A stretch of 64,000 bases of DNA from Vicinamibacterales bacterium (GCA_963762055.1 CAVXJF010000007.1:71452-135451); one strand, 5' to 3'. Counted from the first letter of the stretch, positions 26,739 to 36,455 are shown. Notes: generated by a model not told the origin, from the sequence alone. Translations and numbers: made by a program.

Positions 26739-27977
26739 TCAGAAGAACAAATAGCACAACACGGCGCCGACGACCGTCATCGACAGCCCCCACATCAACA
26801 ACTTGTTGAATACGCTTCGCACGCTCTCGCCCGTCGCGATCGCGGCGATGCAGAGCGCTCCTGTCGTGGACAACGGCGACAGGTCCACCAGGTGAGCACC
26901 GATGTTCATCGATGCGGCAATGGCGAGTGGATCGCCGCCGCCCAGCCGCTCGATGAGCCCGGGAATGGTTGGCAGAAACGCCGGAAGCACGACACCGGAC
27001 GTGCTGCTGTACACGGAGATGAGTCCCGTGACGAACGCGATGACGCCCGTGACGGTATCGGGTGTCGCGAGTCGCGCCAGAGCGGCCGTGAACAAGTCGA
27101 GCCCGCCCGTTTTCTCCATCAGCGCGATCAGCACTGTGACGCCGCTCATCATCACGATGACCGACCACGGCATCTTCTTGACAGACTCTTTGTGGTCGGC
27201 GGCGCCGAGCACGGCCAGCACTACCGCTCCGGCGAAAGCCCCCATGCCGACGTTGACGCCGAAGAACAACACGCCCACGAGCAGGGCACCGATGACCACC
27301 ATCGTGAGGACGTTGTTTCTGTCGAACTGAATGTCTTCCGGCTTCGGATCGATCGTGACGGCCGCAGTGGACTTGAAAAGCGCCAGCCCCCCGAAAATCG
27401 CGTAGCCGCCGAATGCAACGGCGGCGTGAGCCGCGAGATTGGTCCAGTAGGTGAACCACTCATGGCCCGGCAGCCCGATCTGTGCCATCAGCCCGTTCAC
27501 GATCACGCCGGTGGGCGCAAATGGCGAGAGCGACCCGGCCTGCGCGCCATTGCCGACCATGATGATCATCAGGAATGATGGAATCGCGGCGCGGCCCGCA
27601 ACCGCCATGGCCATCGGGCCCAGCAGCGCGGCGGTCGACACGTTTCCCGGCCCCATCGACGCCAGCGCACACCCGAGCGCAAAAAACATGATGGGAATCA
27701 GCCCCGCATTGCCGCGGCATATGCGCACCGCACGGTGGGCGATGCGGTCGAGGGTCAGGTTGAGCTGCGCCTGTGTAAAGAGCAGCGTCACGCCGGCAAG
27801 CGTCACGAAGAGTGATACGGGGAACCCGGCGAGAACGTCGTTCAGCGGACGGCCATCGATGTAGACACCCACCACCCACGCGAGGGCGAGGGCCAGAATG
27901 CCGACGTTCAGCTCCGTAAAACAACTGACCAGGATGGCTACGACCAGCGCAGCCAGAGACACGTAAGCGATATTCAT
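26739..27977 (-). CDS. ion-transporter superfamily anion permease (SLC13/CitMHS/MatC-like)
   Basis: 412 aa and about 11-12 hydrophobic helices in a two-fold repeated architecture. The family call is approximate. Confidence 0.5.
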   Translation of the reverse strand: MNIAYVSLAALVVAILVSCFTELNVGILALALAWVVGVYIDGRPLNDVLAGFPVSLFVTLAGVTLLFTQAQLNLTLDRIAHRAVRICRGNAGLIPIMFFALGCALASMGPGNVSTAALLGPMAMAVAGRAAIPSFLMIIMVGNGAQAGSLSPFAPTGVIVNGLMAQIGLPGHEWFTYWTNLAAHAAVAFGGYAIFGGLALFKSTAAVTIDPKPEDIQFDRNNVLTMVVIGALLVGVLFFGVNVGMGAFAGAVVLAVLGAADHKESVKKMPWSVIVMMSGVTVLIALMEKTGGLDLFTAALARLATPDTVTGVIAFVTGLISVYSSTSGVVLPAFLPTIPGLIERLGGGDPLAIAASMNIGAHLVDLSPLSTTGALCIAAIATGESVRSVFNKLLMWGLSMTVVGAVLCYLFF

Positions 27978-28062
27978 TCAGGCGGATTGGAAGATGCGTG
28001 CGAAGTTTACCTCAAGGACGCCGGGACTGATTTCCTGTGCCGGTGAGGCAGATAAAACACCC

Positions 28063-28278
28063 ATGCAATGCGCAGGGTTTGCTGGTGTGGTCGGCGCCGC
28101 CATGATCTGCGCTACCGCCCCTGTTTTCGGTGCAGATTTGATGGGAACTGTGCAGGTTTCTGGTAAGCCCGCGGCCGACATGGTCGTTTGGCTGGATATG
28201 CCCCGTCCCACCTGTTGCAACGCAACTTTCTCGCGTCGTCGTCGACCAGCGGAAATCGTCGCACCGTCGTTGCCGTAA
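28063..28278 (+). pseudogene. possible decayed N-terminal remnant of a secreted cupredoxin-like protein
   Basis: A signal peptide (MQCAGFAGVVGAAMICATAPVFGA) is followed by GTVQVSGKPAADMVVWLD. The expected VVVDQR... continuation is only visible in other frames, and the ORF ends at the hairpin. Confidence 0.3.
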
Positions 28279-28290
28279 GCAGAGCCCTGA

Positions 28291-28362
28291 CCACAGGAAC
28301 ACAGAGAGCACAGAGAGCACATAGAAAACATTTCTTCTCCGTGTCCTCTGTGACCTCTGTGG
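28291..28362. terminator. second CACAGAG / CTCTGTG imperfect hairpin
   Basis: The structure is ccacaggaacacagagagcacagagagcac ... gtgtcctctgtgacctctgtgg. Confidence 0.45.
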
Positions 28363-28365
28363 TTT

Positions 28366-28427
28366 TGGTAGTTCCGCTACCAGCCACAGGACTACCGGCT
28401 ATTGGCTACCGGCCACCGGCAATCTCG
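28366..28427 (+). repeat. GGTAG/GGCTA word spacer (inverse TAGCC family)
   Basis: Sequence is ggtagttccgctaccagccacaggactaccggctattggctaccggccaccggc. Confidence 0.8.
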
Positions 28428-28518
28428 TCGACAGAATCCCGCGTCCACCGTAGGCGTTCGCCGCAATTTTGTGCAAGGATGGACGCGCAAAGTTTCTTAT
28501 CGGACATAAACGGACAAC

Positions 28519-29202
28519 ATGCCGCGTGTATTAATCGTCGAAGACGACACGGATATTGCCGCGCTCGTCGCCCACTATCTCGAGAAGGCGGGATTCGCCG
28601 CGGAGATCATCCCGGACGGCGGGCGAGCCCTCACCGGCGCCAGAGAAACACCGCCGGATCTGATCATTCTCGATCTGATGCTGCCCGGGCTGAGCGGTCT
28701 GGAGGTATGCAGGGCCCTGCGCGCGGATAACCGCACCGCTGCCGTGCCGATTCTCATGGTGACGGCGCGCGGGGAGGAATCGGAGCGCATCCTCGGCCTC
28801 GATTCGGGCGCGGACGATTACGTCGTGAAGCCGTTCAGCCCGAACGAGCTGATGGCACGCGTCCGGGCGCTGCTCCGCCGCGCGGCGCCGCACCCGCCGT
28901 CGAAAGAACGCGTGTTGCGGTGCGGGCCGATCAGCGTGGACGTCGAACGGCATACGGTGTCCGACGCCGACGAACCCGTGCGTCTCACCGCGAAAGAATT
29001 CTTGCTCCTTCAATACCTGCTCGAGCACCGGGGGCGCGTGCTGTCGCGCGATCGGCTGCTGTCCGACGTGTGGGACTACCAGTATCCCGGCGCCACGCGC
29101 ACGGTCGATGTGCACGTGAGACGGCTCAGGGAGAAGCTGCCATATCTCGAGCAGGCGCTCGTCACCGTGCAGCAGTTTGGCTACAAGCTTGCCGAGCCAT
29201 AA
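28519..29202 (+). CDS. OmpR/PhoB-family response regulator
   Basis: A receiver domain (LIVEDD...[11 protein letters not shown]) is followed by a winged-helix output domain. Confidence 0.9.
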   Translation: MPRVLIVEDDTDIAALVAHYLEKAGFAAEIIPDGGRALTGARETPPDLIILDLMLPGLSGLEVCRALRADNRTAAVPILMVTARGEESERILGLDSGADDYVVKPFSPNELMARVRALLRRAAPHPPSKERVLRCGPISVDVERHTVSDADEPVRLTAKEFLLLQYLLEHRGRVLSRDRLLSDVWDYQYPGATRTVDVHVRRLREKLPYLEQALVTVQQFGYKLAEP

Positions 29203-29207
29203 GGTCG

Positions 29208-30401
29208 ATGGCCGAGTTCCTTATCTATCTGTTCGTCGCCGCAACCGCCGGAGTGGCCGGTGTCTGGATAGGATCGGCTTTGGCGACGCAGCGCAGCCGC
29301 TCGTGGCGATCGCGTACGCAGACGGAGATGAGCGGGCTGTCGAGGCGCGTCAGCGAGCTGGAGACAGATCGCGCGCGCATGGCGGCCATCTTGTCGGGCA
29401 TGGTCGAAGGCGTGCTGGTGGTGGACGGTGAAGGCCGGCTGCGGCTCGTCAACGAGGCCGCGCGCGCGATGCTGAATCTCGAGAGCAACCTGCTGGGCCG
29501 GCACTACGTCGAGGCTGTCAGGCAGCCAGGCGTTGTCGGACAGCTCGGCGCGGCCTTGAAGGGTGAACACAGAGCACCCATCGAAGTGCCGCTCGACGCC
29601 GTCAGCGTCGCCGCCGGCCCGAGAATTTTCCGCGCCCAGGCGACGCCCGCCGTCGTCGAAGGTGCGGGCGCGGTGCTCGTGCTCCATGACATCAGCGATT
29701 TGCGGCGGGTCGATCGCGTGCGGCGCGATTTCGTCGCGAACGTGTCGCACGAACTGCGAACCCCGCTGACTGCGGTGCGCGGGTACGTGGAAGCGTTGAT
29801 GGACGAGCCCATCGAGCCAGCGCAGCGGATGAAGTTCCTCGAGGTGATCGATCGGCACACGGGCCGCATGGAGCGGCTGGTGCGCGATCTGCTGCAACTG
29901 GCGCGCCTCGATGCCCAGCAGGAAACCGCCGATCTCCATCCCATCGACGTCGCCGTGCTCTTTCGATCGGCGTCAGCCGACATCGCCGAACGCATCGAGC
30001 GCCAGCGCATCCACGTAACCATCAACGTGGACCCCGATGCCGCTTCGGTTGCGGCGGATCCGACGAAAATGCACGACGCTCTCCGCAACCTGATTGAAAA
30101 TGCGGTGAATTATTCGAGCGAAGGCGGAAACGTCGAGCTCGCTGCCAAAGTGGACGGCGATCGCATTCTGCTGACGGTCAGCGACGAAGGACCGGGCTTG
30201 CCCGAAGCGGATCTGGGACGTGTGTTCGAACGTTTCTATCGCGTCGACAAGTCACGCACGCGCGATCCAGGCGGCACGGGTCTCGGCCTGTCGATCGTGC
30301 GCCACCTGGTGGAACTGCACGGCGGCCGCGTGCGCGCCGCAAATCGCCCGCGTACTGGAGCGATGTTCACGATTTCGCTGCCCCACAAACCGACTCGATG
30401 A
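29208..30401 (+). CDS. PhoR-like sensor histidine kinase (TM, PAS, HisKA, HATPase)
   Basis: From ATG 29208 the motifs [15 protein letters not shown] and GTGLGLSIV are present. The ORF-track start at 28920 overlaps the regulator gene. Confidence 0.85.
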   Translation: MAEFLIYLFVAATAGVAGVWIGSALATQRSRSWRSRTQTEMSGLSRRVSELETDRARMAAILSGMVEGVLVVDGEGRLRLVNEAARAMLNLESNLLGRHYVEAVRQPGVVGQLGAALKGEHRAPIEVPLDAVSVAAGPRIFRAQATPAVVEGAGAVLVLHDISDLRRVDRVRRDFVANVSHELRTPLTAVRGYVEALMDEPIEPAQRMKFLEVIDRHTGRMERLVRDLLQLARLDAQQETADLHPIDVAVLFRSASADIAERIERQRIHVTINVDPDAASVAADPTKMHDALRNLIENAVNYSSEGGNVELAAKVDGDRILLTVSDEGPGLPEADLGRVFERFYRVDKSRTRDPGGTGLGLSIVRHLVELHGGRVRAANRPRTGAMFTISLPHKPTR

Positions 30402-30406
30402 ATCTT

Positions 30407-30463
30407 TCAATCTGCCAATCTACCCATCCTCCAATCTGCCAACCCATCCTCCAATCTGCCAAT
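30407..30463 (+). repeat. CAATCTGCCAA(T) direct repeats x3 after the kinase stop
   Basis: The exact 12-mer occurs at 30408 and 30452, with an 11/12 copy at 30432. The embedded repeat ccatcctccaatctgccaa occurs twice. The same 12-mer is at 16815. Confidence 0.9.
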
Positions 30464-30475
30464 AGTGATTGCCGA

Positions 30476-31249
30476 TCAGTTCCACCCTCGCAGACGGTAA
30501 TAAACGATTGCCCCCAGGTCGTGCATCATCGCGCTCGTGGCCTCGAGGGCGGCTTCCGAGGGGATGAACAGCGACAACCTTCCGTCGTCAGGCACGAAAA
30601 AGTCCGGGCTCGACGGAACTGGATCGAGGCCGGCGTTACGGAATGCCCGCAGCGATCGCGCCATGTGCTGACGAGACGTGACCATCACGAATTGTTTTAC
30701 GCCGCGCTGCTGGAGCAGCGGCGGCACGTACAACGTGTGGTCGTGCGTGTTGCGCGACTTTCCCTCTTCGACGATCCGGTCCGCCGCGACTCCCAGCGCG
30801 ATCAGCGACCGGGCCATCTCTGCCGCTTCCGTTTTGCGCTCGGGCTCCAGGCTGCCGGTTACTATCACCCACGGGTGATCGAGGATCCGGTAGACACGCG
30901 CCGCCTCGAGCGCGCGGAGCGAATGTTCGCGGTTTCCCTGCAGCACCATCGCTCCCCGCGAACGGTAGGCGTGCACGCCTCCACCCAGCACCACGATGGC
31001 GGTCGCGTGGCGCGCCTGTTCTCGACTTTCAACCGGGTTGTATGCGGGCGACAGGGCTCGCACCAGGGCGATGGCGGCGAACGGTGTGCTGCCAATCCAG
31101 TAGAACGTGACCAGCGCGACAAGCCATCTGCGGCCGGCGCGGCCGTTGTTCGCCTTTCGAAACAACAGCAGCGTGCCAATCGTTGCAGCGAACAGGAAGA
31201 AGAGGATGGTTCCGGGGACGAACAGCTCTTTCAGGATTGGGGGGACCAT
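30476..31249 (-). CDS. YdcF/ElyC (DUF218) family protein
   Basis: Two N-terminal helices are followed by the VVLGGG...VTS..HM.R pattern. Confidence 0.7.
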   Translation of the reverse strand: MVPPILKELFVPGTILFFLFAATIGTLLLFRKANNGRAGRRWLVALVTFYWIGSTPFAAIALVRALSPAYNPVESREQARHATAIVVLGGGVHAYRSRGAMVLQGNREHSLRALEAARVYRILDHPWVIVTGSLEPERKTEAAEMARSLIALGVAADRIVEEGKSRNTHDHTLYVPPLLQQRGVKQFVMVTSRQHMARSLRAFRNAGLDPVPSSPDFFVPDDGRLSLFIPSEAALEATSAMMHDLGAIVYYRLRGWN

Positions 31250-31443
31250 TCGCTCCGCAGCTCGCGCGCGCGCTCGTAGAGCGTCGAGCGGTCGGGATAA
31301 AGCTCGCGCAGGAGGATCTCTTCGTTATCATCCCGCACTCGCACGACACGCAGCTCGGCGCCGCCACAGCAGCTCACCATGAGGCACGCTGTGGTCGAAT
31401 CGCCGCTAGGAACTTCCCAGAGCACCTGATCGTCTCTGCGCAT
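31231..31443 (-). CDS. small hypothetical protein (70 aa)
   Basis: From ATG 31443 the protein reads MRRDDQVLWEVPSGDSTTACLMVSCCGGAELRVVRV.... Its 3' end overlaps the ydcF-like start by 19 nt. Confidence 0.35.
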   Translation of the reverse strand: MRRDDQVLWEVPSGDSTTACLMVSCCGGAELRVVRVRDDNEEILLRELYPDRSTLYERARELRSEWSPQS

Positions 31444-31454
31444 TGATAGCAAAT

Positions 31455-31500
31455 GTCCGGTAGCCAGTAGCCCTCGACCCTAAGCTCTCTGCTCTCTGCT
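31455..31500 (+). repeat. TAGCCAGTAGCC plus CTCTGCT word spacer
   Basis: Sequence is ccggtagccagtagccctcgaccctaagctctctgctctctgct. Confidence 0.8.
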
Positions 31501-32529
31501 CTACCGAGAGTACCGCCCCATCGCCATACCAACGATTTCCTCGATCAGCTGGGTGTAGGTCCTGCCCGCTTTGCGCGCGGCCTGGGCGAGCTCGGCGCGC
31601 GATGAGAGCCAGGGGTTGGGGTTCACTTCGATGACGGCGACGGTGCCGTCGGGCTTGAGGCGCATGTCGACGCGGCCGTAGTCGCGAAGTTCGAGCGCCT
31701 GATAGGCCGAAATCGCGGTCGACTGCAGCAGCGCGGTGGTTTCCTCGGACAAGTCTGTCGCGACGATCGATTTCGCGTCGCGATAGGCTTTCGTGCCTTT
31801 GGCCCACTTCACTTCGGCCGCCGCAATCTTCGGCATCCCCTCCGGCAGCTTCGACAGATCCAGTTCGATGACGGGCAGCGCTTCTGGCGTCTCGTTGCCG
31901 AGCACGCCGACATACATTTCGCGCCCGACGACGTATTCCTCGATGAGGATCGGCGAATCGAACTGCTCGTGCAGCCAGTCGATGCGCTCCATGAGCTCTT
32001 TGATGGACGAGACGACGGCATCGAATTCGATGCCGATAGAGCCGTCTTCACGCATCGGCTTGACGATGACCGGAAAATGCAGCTCGTGCGAAAACGCCAG
32101 CCGGCCGCGGAACGAGCGCGCGAACACGGGCGTCGCAATGCCGTGGAACGCGAAGATCTTCTTCGCCACGCTCTTGTCCTGCGCCAGCATCAACCCGTGG
32201 CTGCCGGCGCCGGTGAACTGCTTGCCGGCGAGCTCGAGATACGCCGCGATGTTGTAATCGGCCGTGTCGTTGCCGCCGAACGATTCACTGAGATTGAAAA
32301 TGATGTCGCAGTCGAACTTGGCGAGCGCGTGCAGGCTCTTGAGCGATCCGTCGAGCTGGTGGAGCGAAGCCTCGTGCCCCAGTTTGCCGAGCGCGTCGAC
32401 CACTTCCTCCTCGACCTCTTTCTTGTCGAGTGTGCGAACGAGGGGAGATTTGCCGTTCGTGCCGGCGGCCTCCTCGTCAGGCTCCCACCGATCGTATAGG
32501 ACGCAGATCTTCAGTTTGCCTGTCGTCAT
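31501..32529 (-). CDS. D-alanine--D-alanine ligase-like ATP-grasp enzyme
   Basis: From ATG 32529 the protein reads MTTGKLKICVLYD..., with FPVIVKP, EEYVVGREM and GRVDMRLKPDGTVAVIEVNPNPW. The ORF-track N-terminal 300 aa is an Arg-rich read-through over the upstream gene. Confidence 0.8.
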   Translation of the reverse strand: MTTGKLKICVLYDRWEPDEEAAGTNGKSPLVRTLDKKEVEEEVVDALGKLGHEASLHQLDGSLKSLHALAKFDCDIIFNLSESFGGNDTADYNIAAYLELAGKQFTGAGSHGLMLAQDKSVAKKIFAFHGIATPVFARSFRGRLAFSHELHFPVIVKPMREDGSIGIEFDAVVSSIKELMERIDWLHEQFDSPILIEEYVVGREMYVGVLGNETPEALPVIELDLSKLPEGMPKIAAAEVKWAKGTKAYRDAKSIVATDLSEETTALLQSTAISAYQALELRDYGRVDMRLKPDGTVAVIEVNPNPWLSSRAELAQAARKAGRTYTQLIEEIVGMAMGRYSR

Positions 32530-33626
32530 CAAGAAGCAGCTGACTTTGGACTGTGGACTATGGCCCCTGGAGTCTTGTGCGACCCTGGACTCTTGTGTCC
32601 CACTTTCGCCGGCTTGCGTTTGTCGCCAGTGAAGGTACCACGAGTCAGGAAATTCATGGCCAACGTTGTTCCGAACGCCGTCAGCTCGACGAGGTACGCC
32701 GGCTCGTGGCCGACTTCGCCCCACAGCTTGAGGCGCTCGCAGTTCTTGCAGATCGCTTCGACTAACGCGCGCACGACGGCGCGCCGCACGCCCGTCCAGT
32801 ACGTGATCTTGTCGATCAGCTCGCGGCGGTACTTCGTCACGATGTCTGCCGCGGGCCGACCCTCGCGCGGTTTGCGATTGAGGAAGATTTCCGACAGGTG
32901 CGCGTCCATCGCAAGATCGACGCGCAGGTCGCGCTCCTTCTCCGCGCGCCGGTAGAACTCTTCGACCGTCAGGCGCATGTCGTCGACGGTGATGTCGACT
33001 TCGCCCGTGCGCACGATCGGCTCCTGATTGGCGAACGTCCGCGCCATCCGGTCGACGTAGCGGAGCTTGCGCATCGCCGGCCAGCCTTTGTATCGGCGCC
33101 TCCACGCGCTGCCGGGAGTGAGCCAGACGGCAAACGTTTCGGCGAAGTCTTCGTCGGGATGCTTTTGCGCGTACCAGCCTTCCATGTGGCGCACGTAATT
33201 GCGGCTGAACGGCACCGGGCGGTATTTGTCCCGGTACGGCCGATTGAACGGGCCGAAGAGCGCCAGCCAGTCGGGCCGGGTGTAGAGGCGGTAGGCGTAG
33301 TTGAAGACGTGCCCCGCCTCGTGACGCATGTAGCGCATGATCTCGCGGCTGTCCTCGAGGTCGTCGATCGCGCGTTCGAGCCGGCCGAGATTCGGATCGG
33401 CCAGATAGAAAGGAATCCCGAGCACGGGCTGCATGTTGGGGCAGCCCCATTCGTCCGTGAGATAGCAGACCGGACGGAACTTGTGGAAGCCGCGCCGCTC
33501 GAGCTCCTTGTACAGCTGACGTACATAGGGTTCGACCGGCGAACCCTCCAGCCGCAGCCCCAGCTCGCGGATGCGCTTGCCCAGCACGCCTCTCAGCTCA
33601 GGGTCGAGCGTTTCGAATGCAGCCAT
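32529..33626 (-). CDS. putative zinc metallopeptidase (HEAGH; Peptidase_Mx-like)
   Basis: Contains MRHEAGHVFNY and HPDEDFAETFAVWL. The stop/start overlap with the ATP-grasp gene is TGATGA. The last ~20 codons are GGACT-word repeat. Confidence 0.6.
   Translation of the reverse strand: MAAFETLDPELRGVLGKRIRELGLRLEGSPVEPYVRQLYKELERRGFHKFRPVCYLTDEWGCPNMQPVLGIPFYLADPNLGRLERAIDDLEDSREIMRYMRHEAGHVFNYAYRLYTRPDWLALFGPFNRPYRDKYRPVPFSRNYVRHMEGWYAQKHPDEDFAETFAVWLTPGSAWRRRYKGWPAMRKLRYVDRMARTFANQEPIVRTGEVDITVDDMRLTVEEFYRRAEKERDLRVDLAMDAHLSEIFLNRKPREGRPAADIVTKYRRELIDKITYWTGVRRAVVRALVEAICKNCERLKLWGEVGHEPAYLVELTAFGTTLAMNFLTRGTFTGDKRKPAKVGHKSPGSHKTPGAIVHSPKSAAS
32540..32600 (+). repeat. GGACT-word tract forming the 3' coding end of the peptidase gene
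   Basis: Sequence is gactttggactgtggactatggcccctggagtcttgtgcgaccctggactcttgtgtcc. Confidence 0.7.
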
Positions 33627-33675
33627 CTCTCTGAACTCTATCGGTTCTTCGTGCCGGGTGCTAGGCGCTGGGGGT

Positions 33676-33711
33676 CAGAACCCCAGAACCCACCACCAAG
33701 CACTCAGAACC
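33676..33711 (+). repeat. CAGAACC words x3 in the divergent intergenic region
   Basis: Sequence is cagaaccccagaacccaccaccaagcactcagaacc. Confidence 0.7.
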
Positions 33712-33797
33712 CGTACTTGACCCTGCCGCCGTACCCGGCGACAATCATGTGAGTCCATCAGTTCGTCCATACATAATTGTCTGCTCTCTAAAAACGC

Positions 33798-35366
33798 ATG
33801 AGCACCGCTCGCGCCCAAGCCAAACCAACCGGCGACGCCTCGACGCGCGAGGTCCGCCGACTCGCCAGTCTGCTCGATACGAGCCAGGCACTCACAGGTA
33901 CTCTCGACCTCAAGGCGGGACTGCACCGCGTGCTCGAGATTCTCGGCCGCCACCATGGCGCGGTCCGCAGCACCGTCGTCATGCTCGACGAAGACACCGG
34001 CCAGCTCCAGGTCGAGGCCTCCGACGGCCTTGACCGCCCGGGCTACCGCGTGAGCTATCAGCTCGGCGAAGGCATCACCGGCCGCGTGGTCGAAAGCGGC
34101 AAATCGATCGTCGTACCGCAAATCAGCCGCGAGCCGATGTTCCTGAATCGCGCCTCGAAGCGCAGCGAGCTGCCGCAGCAGGAGCTCTCCTTCATCTGTG
34201 TGCCGATCATGCTGACCCGCAAGGCCGTCGGCGCGCTCGGCGTCGATATGAAGTTCAAGCCCGATCGCGACTACGACCGCACCCAGAAATTTCTCGGCGT
34301 CGTCGCGTCGATGATCTCCCAGGCCGTCAAGGTGCAGCGCCTCATCGACAACGAGCGCAAAAAGCTGCTCGACGAGAATACGCACCTGCGGCAGGAGCTC
34401 CGCGAGAGATACGACTTCTCCAATCTTCTCGGCACGAGCGGGCCGATGCGCCAGATCTGCGAGCAGGTCGCACAGGTCGCACGTTCGATGACGACGGCGC
34501 TGATTCGCGGCGAGAGCGGGACCGGCAAGGAGCTCATCGCGCACGCGATCCACTACAACTCGCTGCGCGCCAACAAACCGTTCGTCAAGGTGAGTTGCGC
34601 CGCCCTGCCCGAGAGCCTGATCGAGTCGGAGCTCTTCGGCTACGAGAGGGGCGCGTTCACCGGCGCGCAGAACCGCAAGAAGGGGCGCTTCGAACTGGCG
34701 GAAGGCGGCACGCTGTTTCTCGACGAAATCGGCGACATCAACCTCGCGACGCAGGTAAAACTCCTGCGCGTGCTGCAGGAGCGCGAATACGAGCGCCTCG
34801 GCGGCACCGAAACGCTGAAGTCGAACGTGCGGTTGATCGCCGCGACCAACAAGGATCTCGAAAAGGCGATTCAGGAGGGCACGTTCCGCGAGGATCTGTA
34901 CTACCGCCTCAACGTGTTCAGCATCTTCGTGCCGCCGCTGCGGGAACGAAAAACCGACCTGCTGCTGCTCGCCGATCACTTCCTGGAGGCGTTTTCGCGG
35001 ACGCACAACAAGAACATCAAGCGCATCTCGACGCCCGCCATCGACATGTTGATGAGTTATCACTGGCCGGGCAACGTGCGGGAGCTGGAAAACACGCTCG
35101 AGCGGGCGATTCTGGTGTGCGATGGACACGTCATTCATGCCCATCATCTACCTCCGACCCTGCAGACCGCAGAAGCCTCGGGCACGGTGACTCGCGTATC
35201 GCTGCGCGATGCCGTCGCCGCCTACGAAAAGGATTTGATTTCGGACGCGCTCAAGACCACCCGGGGCAACCGCGCCAAAGCCGCCAGGCTGCTCAACACG
35301 ACCGAACGGATCATCAACTACCAGGTGAAGAAATATTCGATCGATTACCGGCGGTTCAAGAACTAG
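33798..35366 (+). CDS. GAF-domain sigma-54-dependent transcriptional activator (NifA-like architecture), copy 1
   Basis: A GAF N-terminus is followed by an AAA+ core with GESGTGKE and GAFTGA and a C-terminal Fis-type HTH. There is no receiver domain. Confidence 0.9.
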   Translation: MSTARAQAKPTGDASTREVRRLASLLDTSQALTGTLDLKAGLHRVLEILGRHHGAVRSTVVMLDEDTGQLQVEASDGLDRPGYRVSYQLGEGITGRVVESGKSIVVPQISREPMFLNRASKRSELPQQELSFICVPIMLTRKAVGALGVDMKFKPDRDYDRTQKFLGVVASMISQAVKVQRLIDNERKKLLDENTHLRQELRERYDFSNLLGTSGPMRQICEQVAQVARSMTTALIRGESGTGKELIAHAIHYNSLRANKPFVKVSCAALPESLIESELFGYERGAFTGAQNRKKGRFELAEGGTLFLDEIGDINLATQVKLLRVLQEREYERLGGTETLKSNVRLIAATNKDLEKAIQEGTFREDLYYRLNVFSIFVPPLRERKTDLLLLADHFLEAFSRTHNKNIKRISTPAIDMLMSYHWPGNVRELENTLERAILVCDGHVIHAHHLPPTLQTAEASGTVTRVSLRDAVAAYEKDLISDALKTTRGNRAKAARLLNTTERIINYQVKKYSIDYRRFKN

Positions 35367-35385
35367 CCAGTAGCCGTAGCCCCGC
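35364..35385 (+). repeat. TAGCCAGTAGCC word spacer beginning with the stop codon
   Basis: Sequence is tagccagtagccgtagccccgc. The TAG at 35364-35366 is the activator's stop codon. Confidence 0.85.
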
Positions 35386-35423
35386 GAACGCGATGCAGAA
35401 GATGGGATATTGTTTCCCTGCAA

Positions 35424-36455
35424 ATGACTGCATCGAGGCATAGAACCAAGCTCAAGGTTGGCGTGATCGGGGTCGGGCGCCTGGGAAAGGTGTACGTTCG
35501 CGATCTCGCTTCACGCATCCCGGAAACCACGGTAACGGCGGTCGCGGACGTCGATCGGACGCTCGCCGCGAGCGTCGCGGAAGAATTCGGCGTGGCCGCG
35601 GTATACGCGTCCGCCGAAGAGCTGATCGCCGATCCTCAGGTGGATGCGATCGTCATCGTCAGTCCGACGCACGCGCACCGCGATAACGTCGTGGCCGCCG
35701 CGCACTCGAAAAAGCCGACGTTCTGCGAAAAGCCTCCGGCCCTGGGTCTGGCCGAATGCCGCGCCATGGCGGACGCCATCAACGCATCTGGATCCTTTTT
35801 TCAGATGGGATTCATGCGGCGCTTCGATCCGGGATATGCGGCCGCCAAGGAAAAACTCGCGCAGGGCGCGATTGGCCGCGCCGTCGTCTTCAAGTCGAGC
35901 TCGCGCGATCCGTTTCGTCCAAGCCTCGAGTACGCGAACCCGGCGAGCAGCGGCGGCATCATGGTGGACATGGGCATCCACGACTTCGACCTCGCGCGCT
36001 GGTTCATGGGAGAGGTCGACAGGGTATCGGCGGCGGGCGCTGTGCTCGCCTATCCGGAGATGGCGTCGATAGGCGACATCGACAACGCCATCGCGACGCT
36101 CGTGTTCGCCGATGGCCGCCTCGGCGTGATCGATCTCACCCGCAACGGCGTGTATGGCTACGACATCAGCACCGAACTTCTCGGCGACGCCGGAACGCTG
36201 CGTGTCGGCTACCTCCGTGAAACGCCCTTGTTGACGATGACGAAAAACAACGTGTCACACGACACGGTGCCGTATTTCATGGAGCGGTTCGAGCGCGCTT
36301 ACACCATCCAGCTGCAGAATTTCGCTCAGAACGTCCTGCACGATCGGACGCCGCCAGTCGTGATCGAGGACGGCATCGAGGCGCTCCGCATCGCGCTTGC
36401 CGCCACGGCCGCGCATCGCACCGGACAGCCCGTGCAGGTCAGCAGCATCCAGTGA
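35424..36455 (+). CDS. Gfo/Idh/MocA family oxidoreductase (inositol dehydrogenase-like)
   Basis: An N-terminal Rossmann motif (VGVIGVGRLG) and the EKP motif (FCEKPPA) are present. Confidence 0.8.
   Translation: MTASRHRTKLKVGVIGVGRLGKVYVRDLASRIPETTVTAVADVDRTLAASVAEEFGVAAVYASAEELIADPQVDAIVIVSPTHAHRDNVVAAAHSKKPTFCEKPPALGLAECRAMADAINASGSFFQMGFMRRFDPGYAAAKEKLAQGAIGRAVVFKSSSRDPFRPSLEYANPASSGGIMVDMGIHDFDLARWFMGEVDRVSAAGAVLAYPEMASIGDIDNAIATLVFADGRLGVIDLTRNGVYGYDISTELLGDAGTLRVGYLRETPLLTMTKNNVSHDTVPYFMERFERAYTIQLQNFAQNVLHDRTPPVVIEDGIEALRIALAATAAHRTGQPVQVSSIQ

Noticed and set aside
30407-30463. CRISPR array, considered for the direct repeats here and at 37351-37431 and 17695-17756.
   Set aside because: The units are only 9-25 bp long, contiguous or separated by a few nucleotides rather than by unique 30-40 bp spacers. 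There are at most 3-8 copies, and no cas genes lie in the window.
32530-33450. The N-terminal 300 residues of the 649-aa ORF 31501-33450.
   Set aside because: This is an Arg-rich read-through overlapping the zinc-peptidase gene in another frame. The ATP-grasp homology begins at ATG 32529.
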